This document shows positions 1 through 11,200 of a DNA stretch of 64,000 nt, in pieces (position 1 is the stretch's first letter; every line of letters starts with the position of its first letter). A program made the translations under genes and the position numbers. Source of the DNA: a virus. The notes beneath the pieces were generated by a model. The model was not told where the DNA came from, made no database searches, and saw only the letters and a program-made list of their open reading frames with translations. The stretch is taken from IMG/VR virus record IMGVR_UViG_3300017917_002116, positions 1 through 64,000 of that record; one strand, written 5' to 3'.

Positions 1-210
1 ACTGGACAAGCCAACAGGTAATGTTGATGTTCCACCTGCAAAGGTGAATTCTGGTGTGAGTCCGGGAATTTGACTTGGATCGACGTTACTGACCGTGCTA
101 GATAATCCAATGGGCAAGATTGACACGTTGCCATTCAATGGTATTGCCGCTGCTGCGGCTGCTGCACTTATAGTTATGCCTCTACTGGAAAATTGAGATA
201 GTAGTGCCAT
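1..210 (-). CDS. 5' part of a probable virion structural protein (runs off window start)
   Basis: ATG at 210-208, 1 nt after the stop of the upstream gene; open to position 1 (MALLSQFSSRGITISAAAAAAIPLNGNVSILP...). Confidence 0.7.
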   Translation of the reverse strand, partial: MALLSQFSSRGITISAAAAAAAIPLNGNVSILPIGLSSTVSNVDPSQIPGLTPEFTFAGGTSTLPVGLSS

Positions 211-211
211 G

Positions 212-1057
212 TCAGTATGTAAATGTTGTAGGTATCTGAATTCTCAGATTATTGATGCCATAAGTTTTTCCTTGAACTATGTTAACGTCATCTAGTTCAA
301 GGTCTGCGCCAGATCCAGTTACGCCTACTGTTCCGATAAAATAACCACCGAAATTATAATTTACGGCATAAAACCAAGTTGCTTCTCCGTTTCTAATTGC
401 AGGGGCTGCATAAGTCATCAGCCATGCGGCAGGAATTGACGAATCAAGTTTTGCCTGTATTCTATTATTCTTCCAGTTTACTAAGATATTTTCATTAGTA
501 GGTAATACATCATCGAATGATGGTATGTATTCAATGACTCCTTGATATTCAATGGGGTCTCCCATACCAACAGGCTGATAAGTTACAGGTATTTCAAATG
601 GAAATTCGGTCCAGTTAAAAGTTGTAGTTATAGGACCATATTCAGCTTGACGGTATATGCCGGGGGCTACCGCAGGATTTCCGTATCTATTTAAAATTTG
701 AAAATTGCTTATTTCTGTTTCCGTCACATCAACTGAAGCAGTGATCGTTTGACCGTGTTGTTCTGTTGTTACTGTATATGTCCCCGGAACAGGAAAACCC
801 ATTACTATCGGTGCACCCTCGCCACCACCACCTATACCACTTTTCGGCCACTGCTCTCCTACCACTGGATATAAAATATTATTAAAATTCTTAGGAAAAA
901 ATCCATTTTCATCTATAGGAACCTCGCCTCTCATAAGATATAATTGACAAGTTCCAGATGCAGACAGTGTGTTATTATTTGTAAATTGCTTTAATACATT
1001 ATATACACGTTGAGAATTCAGTTCACTAGTGGTGCAAATTTCAATTTTTTTAACCAT
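212..1057 (-). CDS. virion structural protein (jumbo-phage type)
   Basis: 281-aa ORF in structural operon; C-terminal GEATWF...GTVGVTGSGADLEL...NIVQG pattern resembles jumbo phage virion proteins. Confidence 0.6.
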   Translation of the reverse strand: MVKKIEICTTSELNSQRVYNVLKQFTNNNTLSASGTCQLYLMRGEVPIDENGFFPKNFNNILYPVVGEQWPKSGIGGGGEGAPIVMGFPVPGTYTVTTEQHGQTITASVDVTETEISNFQILNRYGNPAVAPGIYRQAEYGPITTTFNWTEFPFEIPVTYQPVGMGDPIEYQGVIEYIPSFDDVLPTNENILVNWKNNRIQAKLDSSIPAAWLMTYAAPAIRNGEATWFYAVNYNFGGYFIGTVGVTGSGADLELDDVNIVQGKTYGINNLRIQIPTTFTY

Positions 1058-1060
1058 ATA

Positions 1061-1879
1061 TTATTCTCCCGATCCAGATACTATGGATATAGTAAATTCT
1101 TTATCTTTAATATTATTAGCAGAGTCAGTTACTTTAATTGTGAATGTAGCCAGTTCTTCTGCCTCAGGGGCTCCGGTAATTTCACCTGTCAATACATTGC
1201 AGGTTAGGCCTACGGGAAGTGAACCAGAAATAATTTCATATGTATAAGGTTCAATACCACCTGATGCAGTTATAGTTTGATTATAGGGCGCACCTACTTC
1301 ACCGTTGGGTAAACTATCTCTGTCAAAAACCAATAAGATCTTATTGATAGATGCCCTTAAAACAAAATCAAGAGCACGATCTTCTGCTGCTTCGTCTGGG
1401 TGTGAAAAATTTACAGAGTCAAATTTCACAACTCCGTTGTCTGTTAAGTCACTAATAGGAACTATAATTACGCCGCTATTAGAATTCAAGGTAGATGGTA
1501 AAAAACTTATTGCTATTTCATACCATCCTTCTACAACATCGGTGGCAGGGCCGATGCCTGGAAACAAGGCAGCCCAGGTGCCTTCTCCTTCCCTAATAGA
1601 GCATAGTCCTTGAGTGTAGTCTAAGTTATCCGGATTGGTTTCGATATATTTTTCAACTCCTCCCCATGAACTAGAATTTTCCTGGACCCCTCTATATTTC
1701 AAGTTATTTGTAATAACTAATTGAAGTAAATCAGGACTTTGGCGACCATACATCTCACTATAATTCTGAATATATTCTTCTGCCGTAGGTTGGTTACCTT
1801 TGTATATTGCTATTAAAAATGAATTACCATTTAAAATTTCGCCAGCGGCCCATTGAACTAATGTATATGAAAATATCAT
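1061..1879 (-). CDS. virion structural protein with C-terminal putative Ig domain
   Basis: C-terminal LPNGEVGAPYNQTITASGG...GSLPVGL...TGEITGAP...FTIKVTDS is a putative Ig (He_PIG-like) module; N-part (IYKG.QP, GEGTWA) resembles the adjacent gene. Confidence 0.65.
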   Translation of the reverse strand: MIFSYTLVQWAAGEILNGNSFLIAIYKGNQPTAEEYIQNYSEMYGRQSPDLLQLVITNNLKYRGVQENSSSWGGVEKYIETNPDNLDYTQGLCSIREGEGTWAALFPGIGPATDVVEGWYEIAISFLPSTLNSNSGVIIVPISDLTDNGVVKFDSVNFSHPDEAAEDRALDFVLRASINKILLVFDRDSLPNGEVGAPYNQTITASGGIEPYTYEIISGSLPVGLTCNVLTGEITGAPEAEELATFTIKVTDSANNIKDKEFTISIVSGSGE

Positions 1880-1889
1880 GATCGTATCC

Positions 1890-2516
1890 TTAACCGTATG
1901 TGCTTAATAATCCAAGTACAGTGACCACTCCGGTGGTATATATTAGACTTAAACTGACTACATCTGTCTTGGATGCAGATCCTGCAGGTACAATACCATT
2001 TAACCAAGTTATTGTTTGAGTAACCCCACCTAATTGCAAACCAGTTATCATATATGGCGTTGCGCCCTGTTTTAAAATTAATGTTATATTAGTGCTATTG
2101 TTTAATGGTAGCCCCAAGTTGGTAACATTACAAGTGAAATCACCAGCGATAGCAGAGTGAATAAAAATATTTGCCGTGCTTGCGTCGTGTTGTACCACAC
2201 CAGTTGCGCCTGTTTTTACTGCAACAGGCTCCCTGATACCTATGCTGAACAATGTAGGTTTGTTTATTAAATCATTATAATTGTTAGTCCCACCAGATCC
2301 GGCTGGTCCTTGTGGTCCTGCTGGGCCTGCCGGCCCCTGTGGTCCTGTCGCACCCGTTGCGCCTTGAGCTCCGGCTGGGCCTGCCGGCCCCCGTGGTCCT
2401 GTGGGTCCTTGGACGCCTCCGCCTGCTTGTATCTGTTGTTCTAAATACTGGAAGTTACCGTCTACCTCATTAGGTGTCAGGTTCCTAGATAAATTTTGTC
2501 TGTATATAATTGGCAT
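1890..2516 (-). CDS. short fibre protein with collagen-like G-X-Y repeat
   Basis: N-terminal LTPNEVDGNF fibre-anchor motif, ~12 G-X-Y triplets, NYNDLINKPTLFS fibre repeat. Confidence 0.75.
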   Translation of the reverse strand: MPIIYRQNLSRNLTPNEVDGNFQYLEQQIQAGGGVQGPTGPRGPAGPAGAQGATGATGPQGPAGPAGPQGPAGSGGTNNYNDLINKPTLFSIGIREPVAVKTGATGVVQHDASTANIFIHSAIAGDFTCNVTNLGLPLNNSTNITLILKQGATPYMITGLQLGGVTQTITWLNGIVPAGSASKTDVVSLSLIYTTGVVTVLGLLSTYG

Positions 2517-2528
2517 CTGCTATTCCTT

Positions 2529-3653
2529 TTAAGATACATATCCCGGGTCCACCCACCCATTGGCATAACCGTTCACTGTTGGTTCTATTGGTTCCGTCGG
2601 GGATGTAGAAACATTACTAGAAAGAATTGGATTAACGATAGCGAATGTTGCTTCTCCAGATGTTTTGGTTATTGCCTTGTTGCTTTGAACATGCAGAACA
2701 TGTGAGCCAGATGTCACATCGCCGTTCATTCCAGTTAGAATTACTTTTAGAACTAGGTCAACCGGACCTGATTGATAGTTGCTGCCGGAGACTGGTATGA
2801 TTTGTCCCTTGATTTGGATTCTTCTATAACAATGGCTGTTGCCATATCCATAGCCGTATCCATAGCCGTATCCATAGCCGTATCCATAGCCGTAGCCATA
2901 TCCGCAGCCGTATCCATATCCGTAGCCATAGCCGTAACCGTAATCACCATATCCGTGGCCGCCACGTGTTTTAGTATAGGCGGAGAGCAACAATTGTTCT
3001 GTGCTATCAAGATGCACGAACCCTTTATTTTCGCTTATGACGTTGGCTGTGGTACTGATAGTGTTGATCAACCCAAGAGTAACTGTGCCCAGTCTATCAT
3101 AGGCCTCTTGCCACATACCGTCGACGGTGTTGCCGCCAGATCTAGTTAACCATAACTTTAGTTCACTTGCACTATTGAAAAAGTATCTTGCATGGTCATA
3201 GTCTGCAAAACGAAACTGTAGGGTAAAAGTAAGAGTATTACCAAAAGACTGTGTTCTTGTAACGTTGCCCAATTGAGTCATAGAGCGTTGTCCTGGTGCG
3301 GCCGCGTTCTTGTTGGGAGTTATTTCTTCGATCAGATACTCTATGTCGTTCCAGATACCTGCGGTTATTTTTTGACCCTTAATAACACGATCAAGTTCAT
3401 ATTCTGCACCAGTTTGTTCCGCGCTTAAATTGACTCTGTCTACAACTTGATTTATTGTGTCTGCTGATATAGTTTGTTTGGGCACAACGTTATTGGCTGG
3501 TGTATTGCCCCAGCCAAATTTTTGATTTTCTCTAGTTGTGTTATTGGTCGTAGGCTGAGCATCAGGGTATTTGTCAGCAAATACCTTGTTGATCTTATCG
3601 ACTAGCTCATTATAGCCAGACGCTGTTACTCGTTGACCCTTAACAACTGACAA
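2529..3653 (-). CDS. baseplate/fibre-associated structural protein with (Gly-Tyr)n insertion
   Basis: 374-aa ORF (TTG start), repeated GQ.ITA motifs, ARYFFN motif, GY dipeptide tract. Confidence 0.65.
   Translation of the reverse strand: MSVVKGQRVTASGYNELVDKINKVFADKYPDAQPTTNNTTRENQKFGWGNTPANNVVPKQTISADTINQVVDRVNLSAEQTGAEYELDRVIKGQKITAGIWNDIEYLIEEITPNKNAAAPGQRSMTQLGNVTRTQSFGNTLTFTLQFRFADYDHARYFFNSASELKLWLTRSGGNTVDGMWQEAYDRLGTVTLGLINTISTTANVISENKGFVHLDSTEQLLLSAYTKTRGGHGYGDYGYGYGYGYGYGCGYGYGYGYGYGYGYGYGYGYGNSHCYRRIQIKGQIIPVSGSNYQSGPVDLVLKVILTGMNGDVTSGSHVLHVQSNKAITKTSGEATFAIVNPILSSNVSTSPTEPIEPTVNGYANGWVDPGYVS
2841..2960. repeat. 6/12-bp microsatellite encoding (GY)n
   Basis: four perfect copies of tatccatagccg at 2845-2892, flanked by degenerate synonymous copies. 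Confidence 0.95.
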
Positions 3654-3654
3654 T

Positions 3655-4575
3655 TTATCTTACTCCAACGGCTACTTCTACGAGACCTGTCTCAGAACTT
3701 TCTTTATTAACCAGTGAACGACCGACAGTGGCTGCTGGATCATAATGATCTACAGCCATGCCAACTCCAGGTATATCACTAGCTACAATGCGTTGGCCTT
3801 TGCGTACAGCGCCTTTGACTAGGCAAGGCACTCGACCCTTAAGAGCAACAGGGTAAGCATACTGATCAAACTTTTGTCTAGAGTTCAACAAGAATCCTGG
3901 TGCTGTACTTACAATACCAAACACTTGATCATCAAACTCTTTTGTTGTTTTTGTGATTTCCTTTTCGCCACCCAGCTTAACGATGTTACCTGAAAGCAAG
4001 AAATTATCAGCTAGGTAGATTTCCGCCATGTCAGCGAATTCTGCTTCCATAGAACGTCCACGTAGTTTAAAGTTTCCTGGTTCACCGTCATCGTCTGTGC
4101 CGCTGTAGTTCAAGTTAATACCCTGACCTATTGTGGGAAATGATGCTGTTAACCCTTGATCTGCATGTGGCGTATACGTACCTACATCTGCGCTGATGAT
4201 AGCTATGTTTGTGTTAAAAACACGAATCTTCATAGCAGCATGCCATTGACCATTGGTATCTTTGATATATGTTGTGTCAAAGCCAGTATCCCTGCCACCA
4301 ATTGTATTCAAACCACCGATAGGTGACCAGTCGTTTGGTGAACGCACGTAGATGATGTTTTCTACGCTATTAAACCAAAGCTGTCCTATGATAGGGTTTG
4401 TTGGGGGTGTCGGATTAGAAAAATGTTCCAACAGAGCCACTAGGTTTTCTGCCATTATTTCGCCATAGGCAGGATAATTTTTACCTAGTAGACGTATAGG
4501 GGTAGTGATATCTACCTGTCTATCTGGGACCAGTGTTAATCTTTCACCGTTTGTTTTAGTTACGTCATATGCCAT
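3655..4575 (-). CDS. baseplate/short tail fibre protein with C-terminal intramolecular chaperone-like (Peptidase G2 type) domain
   Basis: N-terminal LLGKNYPAYGE..AENLV.LLEHF....P.NPI.GQLWFN; C-terminal ADMAEIY...GIVST.PG...PVALKGRVP. Confidence 0.7.
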   Translation of the reverse strand: MAYDVTKTNGERLTLVPDRQVDITTPIRLLGKNYPAYGEIMAENLVALLEHFSNPTPPTNPIIGQLWFNSVENIIYVRSPNDWSPIGGLNTIGGRDTGFDTTYIKDTNGQWHAAMKIRVFNTNIAIISADVGTYTPHADQGLTASFPTIGQGINLNYSGTDDDGEPGNFKLRGRSMEAEFADMAEIYLADNFLLSGNIVKLGGEKEITKTTKEFDDQVFGIVSTAPGFLLNSRQKFDQYAYPVALKGRVPCLVKGAVRKGQRIVASDIPGVGMAVDHYDPAATVGRSLVNKESSETGLVEVAVGVR

Positions 4576-4598
4576 CGCGCTTGGGTTCCTTTAACATA

Positions 4599-4604
4599 TA
4601 TTTA
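4599..4604 (-). promoter_or_regulatory. late promoter (TAAATA)
   Basis: intergenic TAAATA; shares the 12-mer tatttaccattt with the site at 5271. Confidence 0.6.
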
Positions 4605-4610
4605 CCATTT

Positions 4611-5252
4611 TTAGGTGACACGGATACGTAAAGTATACACTACTTGTATCACGCGGTTCGCACTCTTTTGTACGGGGTGGAAAACAATATGACTGAGCAA
4701 ATAATTATTTGTGTTAGGTGCCGATCCCTTGCTCTTAAGTCCCAGTTCATTAAAGACAAACTCGCCCGTAAAGTCCGGTGCATTGTCCATGGCCAGCTGT
4801 TCCTTACTGTAGATGTTTCCCAAACTTGTTAAATTTGGTTCTGATTCCTCCAGGGTACAGGTTATAACTAGATCGGAATAATTTAAACCCTGTGTATGCA
4901 CCACTTCCATTTTGTTTCTACTTGTGTCGGGATTTAACACGGGGTCAATAAAGGGATCATTATCAACGATTTTAAAATAAGTTGGATTATACAATGCTGC
5001 CACTGTACCATTATTCATATTTGTGGTAACATCTTTATAGGTTATATTACCCGTTTCGTCAATAACTACGCCGCCGTTACCGAAATGCATCTCATAGATA
5101 TACATGTTTTTGTTACCAGATAACATATTTGCGGTAACTATACTCATGGTTTCTGGGTTGATAGCATTGTGCTTGTCCACAAAAACCTCTTTGGTCAGTG
5201 GATCCCAAATTTTAACATGTCCATCTATGTGAAAATTTACTGGTTCAATCAT
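4611..5252 (-). CDS. baseplate structural protein
   Basis: 213-aa ORF with IDGHVKIWD...KHNAI and C-terminal FNELGL...HIVFHPVQKSANR..QVVYTLRI; directly follows the giant wedge gene. Confidence 0.65.
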   Translation of the reverse strand: MIEPVNFHIDGHVKIWDPLTKEVFVDKHNAINPETMSIVTANMLSGNKNMYIYEMHFGNGGVVIDETGNITYKDVTTNMNNGTVAALYNPTYFKIVDNDPFIDPVLNPDTSRNKMEVVHTQGLNYSDLVITCTLEESEPNLTSLGNIYSKEQLAMDNAPDFTGEFVFNELGLKSKGSAPNTNNYLLSHIVFHPVQKSANRVIQVVYTLRIRVT

Positions 5253-5270
5253 TTTGATTTCCTAATATAC

Positions 5271-5276
5271 TATTTA
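5271..5276 (-). promoter_or_regulatory. late promoter (TAAATA)
   Basis: intergenic TAAATA followed by AGGA SD and ATG at 5252. Confidence 0.6.
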
Positions 5277-5285
5277 CCATTTATT

Positions 5286-8200
5286 TTAACTACCCATATA
5301 ATTTACTATCTTATTAGCAATTGGGTTTTTGCTATTTTCCAACGTTTCGCCTACATCATTGTAGAATGGTACCTGATTATTCAATGATTGCAGCGGTGTA
5401 TAATCGTGCAGTATAGTCTGAGCATTGACAATATAAACTGGCTGTGACATGGAGTAGAAATCTCTAAATGTTGTTCCCAATGTGCCTCTGATTAACCCGC
5501 TTATACCGGTGGCTGTTTTGATAGTATAGGTTATTCTTTCATTGCCTATCCATAAAACGCCTGGGTTTTCTGTTGTGGCATCTGGTACATTTTCCATGTT
5601 TGTCAGAGCAATATGCGTATCTGTCAGTGCAACTGGCGCTGCCAGCTGAACGACGTTACTCAATATAAATGCACTCATGGTATTATTTACATAATGTTCG
5701 CGAATTGTATGTAAACTTCCCTGCGTAACCTCGATGATCATATTATCGCTGATTCGAGCATCCATGGCTTCTTCATCATTGGCAGTTCTATAATATTTGC
5801 TCTTTGTGCTTCCTTGTAATATCAACTGTACATCACCGGCAGGAAGACCAGAATAACCTTGATATATTTTTTGTAGGTATTTGTCAAAATCTGCCTGTGT
5901 GGCTTCCCATGTTATGTCGGCATAAGAGTCGGCAATGTCTGCATTTTCGTTGACGAAGGGAGAGCTTCCATCCCAGCCCGGATCATCCCAGCCCACGGGA
6001 ACAAAATTTGTACCAGTAACTGTTGTGCCTATAACCTCAGGAGTACCATAATTATGCCTATCATATCTTAATCTAATATTGAAATTGCGTATTTCTTCAA
6101 AATTAAATTCCGCAGGTTCCAGAGTGGATTTATTAATATTTCCACTTCTATTTTTATCTCTGTATGATTTGACACTGTTATAGAATGTTTTTAGTACTTC
6201 AATATTGTCGCGCTCCAGATCTTTTGGATCTTCAAAATTTTGTCCTATTAGATTATATGGCTGTATGGTACTTGCCTTAATAACCCAATTAACATTAATT
6301 TGATCGCTCATTACATAGCGCAACATAGTACACATCATGTTATTGTAATTTACCTCATAGCCTTTTACAAATATATCATGACGCAATGCTTCAACTATTA
6401 TTGCGAGCTGTGAATTCAAATCATAATCCCATGGTATATTGTCCCAGGGTCTTATATCCCAACCACCGAGGCTAATTTTGTCATAGAGATCCTTGACAAA
6501 TTGTATTGTTCCATTTTTTCTATATACAACATCAAAACCGCCGTCCACTGTTTTCTCGTAGATAACACCAAGCTCTAAAACTTTTATGTATTCACCGGTG
6601 GCCACTTCTGCATGATATATTTCTGCTTGTTTTTCTACTAGTAGAACTATTGGTTTAGTTTTGTCATATTTTGTACTTACAAAATCTGCATAGTACCACA
6701 TTTTTGTCATATCCAGAGTGTCATTATTAAAGACATAATTTGCACTACCTATTCTTCTATCCCATGTATCTATAGTATTAACCAGATCCATATTGATTAG
6801 AAGTTCATTAACACGTTTAATGAATGTTCTTCTTGCTTCTAGCACATTTACAAACCAGCTTTGTAGATATGGTCGTATTTCATTACCGTATCTATTGAAT
6901 GGATGTAAATTTTTATCATCTGGAACACGCTTACTATTAACGTAGGCAAATTTCTCATTATCTAATATAGTTACGTTGGCTATGAGTTGCCATGCAGAAC
7001 TATTCCATGTGCCTGTTGTTTTTCTTTTTGCAACATATATCTTGTCATTGTATCTTACAAATGCAGATTGGTTATAAGTCTTAGATGAATTATAAGATTC
7101 ATAATCTATTGTTGCTCTATAGCTTGCAAAAGTTGCAAGGCTATCCCTAAACCTAATATGCATCCATTCTGGTATTACGCAAACTGGATTGTTTTCAGAT
7201 ATAAACATCCATTGTTGATGTTTATCCTCACCCTTGTCCTTCATCTTTATTTGAATAACAGTACTGTCGTTATTCAAATAATTTTCAACGCCTCTGATAA
7301 CAATAGCGTCCTTACTGATAGGAGCCCACCAAGCAAGGCCGGCTGCATCTGGATTTAATAATATTTTGCTTAGTTGTGATGTTGAATAAATTCTTTTTTG
7401 TTTGCTTTCTTCAGGAATTTTGTTTTTATTTTTTACCCAGAAATAATAAACAGTTGTTATAGTACCATTATCAAATTCTTGTTCTTCTACCCAACTGTAT
7501 TGTGCTTTTCCAGTAGATGTGTCTGCATATGCTTCGCCACCTGAATCAGTCTGGTCAGCCCATTTGCTTGGGTGTACATTGCTTCGTGTCCACTCGTAGA
7601 TGTCTGGCAGTTTGCTATCTACTGTAGAGCCCCAATTCTTAACTCTATCGGCAAGCTCGCCACTTTCATAGTCGGTAAATTTAATAGAGCTTGTATCCCA
7701 CCAACGTTTTCCAACTTGTTCTTCGTACCAGCCCGTGCTAGTATAAACACTCTTAAAACTGTCAGTGGTTCTGTTGTATTTTGCAGGATCAACTCTGCTG
7801 ATTATATCTATATCCTTGACCAATGCATCGTGCAGCTTTAGTTTCTTTGGATCATATAAATCAATTTTTAATAATGTTCTGTTATTGAAATAATCATATA
7901 CGATCAAATGCTCTATGTTGTCAGGATTTACCGCCAGAGCTTCTGATTTAACCGTCAGCTTGTCAGTATCTCGTACTGAAACCACGCTGTAATTTCCAAA
8001 GTCATAACTTGTACTATCAAGTTTTTGCCCGGTCGTATCATCTACAATAGCAATAGGATGCACTGATGAATAGCCGCTGGCTGTTAATGGTGGCTCTATG
8101 TACCCTGCACCAGTAGCGTTTGTCAAAGGATTAAATTTTTTCTTCCATGCGTAGCCTGTGTCATCGTTGGCCTTGTCCAGATCATCCAGTGATTTGAATC

Positions 8201-11200
8201 GAACAGGTTTTAATGTAAACAATTTACCAGCACGTATGGTCTCTGAAACATATGCATTGATATAGAATTTTCTGTCTGGATCATCTGCGTCCAATGATTC
8301 TACTGTCCAGATGCCATTCAAACTTGCAGTCTTTGTTTCAACGTTAACCAATACAATCTTATCACCAACTGCTAGTTTGTGTGGCTTGTTTGTATAAATT
8401 CTTGCTTTGCTTGTATCTACCACACCAGGACATGCTTCCACAACGCCAACTTCTCTGTCAACAGTCTGCAATACTTGCCATGTTCCAGGCGTAAATCTGC
8501 TAAAACCCTCATCACTTAGATCTGGGTTTTTAGCACCATAATTTTCAACCAAGATATTAGGTAGATATGGCTCTTCTATATTATTGAACTTATCACTGTT
8601 ATTAGTCCATGTATTAGGTGATACTGTGGTTAATGAATAATATAATTTGCCATCTCGTCTAACAAGATCGTTAGGCTTATAGGTTGCTGTTTCATCATAA
8701 TGTTTAATAGACCACAACGGTTCATACTCTGGGTATAACTTGTCTATGTCTTCTAAATTTTTAATGATGTAATCTGTGTCACCTTGTATTACAGGACCAA
8801 CAGTAGGCAATTTACTATGGTTATTATTGTATGTATTGAATCTTAGTGTCTTACCATATGGTCTATATACCCAACGGCTACTATCATCTTTTATGTAGAT
8901 GAATTTGTCATTGGGCATTACGTCACGCTCAAACTTAATTACCTGCGGCTCTAATATCATGTCCGCAGTTCTAAGTTGGAACTCATAGTATTCAATGTTT
9001 TTTGTATTTCCGAACTCACCTGTACGCACCATGTATTCTTCGTAGGGTATTGTTCTAGAACCATCTTTGTGCGTCAGTGGCTCTAGGCTATTGAATACTT
9101 GTTTTGTTCCCTTGTTGTAAGTGATGGCATTTTTAAATAATACTTCGTTGCTTTCTTGTAAGAATAGCTGTCTTAGCTCTGGGTTTCTATTTAGACCAAA
9201 CTGCGCCCGGCTGGCTTCTAGCAACTTGTTATCATTTAGCACATTTTCAATATCAAGCAAGTTTCGGCCTGCTTCTGCCAACGTGTCGTAGTTTGGTATT
9301 AAATCAAGATTTACAAAAGCGTAACCTGGAACATAATATTTTCCTGTCCATTCTTGACTCTTCTTGCCTCCCAATATGAAGCTTCGTTTCGTTGTCCCCT
9401 GTTCTGGCAGGAAGTATGTGTCATTGAATATACTTCTAGAATCCAGGTACACCATACTTTCATAGGTAACAAACACTAGCTTAATTCCATATATAGGGTT
9501 GTTTGTATTTTTAGTTCTGACTCTAAATGGTTCATCTCTAGAAACCAACAAGTCTTTGCTGAATATTGGTTTACTAAATCTATCTACGACCTGTCCAACG
9601 TTTACATCTGTACCGGTTAAATTGTACAATTGATTATTATATGTCTTGATGACGATTCCGTCGGCGGCAGGATTTAGGTCAATATAATTGCCAGGTTCTA
9701 GAGGATCATTACTCCAGAATATAAACTGCTTGCCACTTAGCTGCCAGTTTCTTAGATCACCAAGCTCAACGTCATCAAAAACAAACCCAGTGTCTTCTAG
9801 ATATTTTCCATAACCTATGATAAAGTCATAGAGTTTTTGTCTATCTGTAAATTCCGTGCCATATCGCAATATTAATGGAGTTTTTATATAGGAATTCTTT
9901 TCTTTGATAACAAAGTCGCCCACTTTAATTGCAGATATTGTTGTTATAGGATTAGGTGCATAGTAGGTAAAATGTGTCTGCTCGTTGGTGAAGCCATAAA
10001 CATTCCAGCCACGGCCATTCCAAACTATACGCATGGCGGAATAAAATTCCTCTCGTTCTGGATAATGGTTTAGGGTCCTAACCTGATAGTTTTCTTCAGG
10101 AATAAACAATGAAACGCTTTGAGAGTTAGCACTTGTGCTTTGAATTCTTACGCTGTTTTTATTTGTAAAACCACTTAGCAAGAATTCCTTGTTAATAATT
10201 GTATTGTTTAACACATCGTAGACTTCTGTCTTAAAGTCTTTATTAATCAACACACAGAACTCAGAGTATAAACTTTCAATGCCGGCTGTAAAATTTAATG
10301 TGCCGTCTGTTTTTTCACTTCTATGATAATCATGTTCTATTTTTGGTGTCAACCAGAATTCTGTTGTTTTATCCAGCACCTGACCCCATTCATCGACATA
10401 GGTTTTTCCCGGAACCCAATGCGTGTTAACATATTCGGTTGGATTAACTAGGTATACGGTTTTAATTAGCGATGCAAGGCCGCGCTGTGTGCTCAAAAAT
10501 ACCTGCTCATATGGGCTGTAATATCCAGGTGCCCAATCTACGTCTAGTTGTTCAATAAACGGTGTCAGCCAGGTTAAATCAGTAGGTGGTAATAAATTGC
10601 CATCAGCATCTACAGGAAACTCTTCAGGTGCGGCCAGGTTGCGTGTTCTTGCGAACCATGGCTTGCAATCAATAGTTGGCGGTTCTGCAACATTGCCCAT
10701 TCTTAGTGCCGTCTCCAAGGCAGCTCGCTTAACAGGATCTGTCCAACTATAATATGTGTCCCACCATTCTGGCTTCAAGGTATAACCTAACATTTCCCAG
10801 GGATGTGTATGTGGTCTATCGGTGTCGTAATAATAATTATAGATCGCTCTCCAGCTTCCGATCACAGTGTTGCCATCATCACCAGTACCAATTTGATATA
10901 TGAATGTGAATGGATCTAAAGCATCATAGGTTGTATTTGCCAGCGTGTATAACTGTATATCCTGCATCCAAGAATACATTTCATTATTAGAAATTTCTTT
11001 AACTTCATTTCTATTCAAACGTGTAGCTCTAAAGCCACCTGGCATGTTTTTATATAAATTAGTTCTATCTAAGAATTTAACGTCTCTGGCAATACTGCTC
11101 CAAACAGCCTTTTCATATTCGTACAGTAATCGTTCAACATGGTTAAACGGATTACCATCTGCATCCACACCGTCTACTAGACAATGTCTTGTACCATCAT

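Noticed and set aside
2753-3149. Alternative-frame ORFs with AMDT or IAVS repeats
   Set aside because: Other-frame readings of the GY microsatellite.
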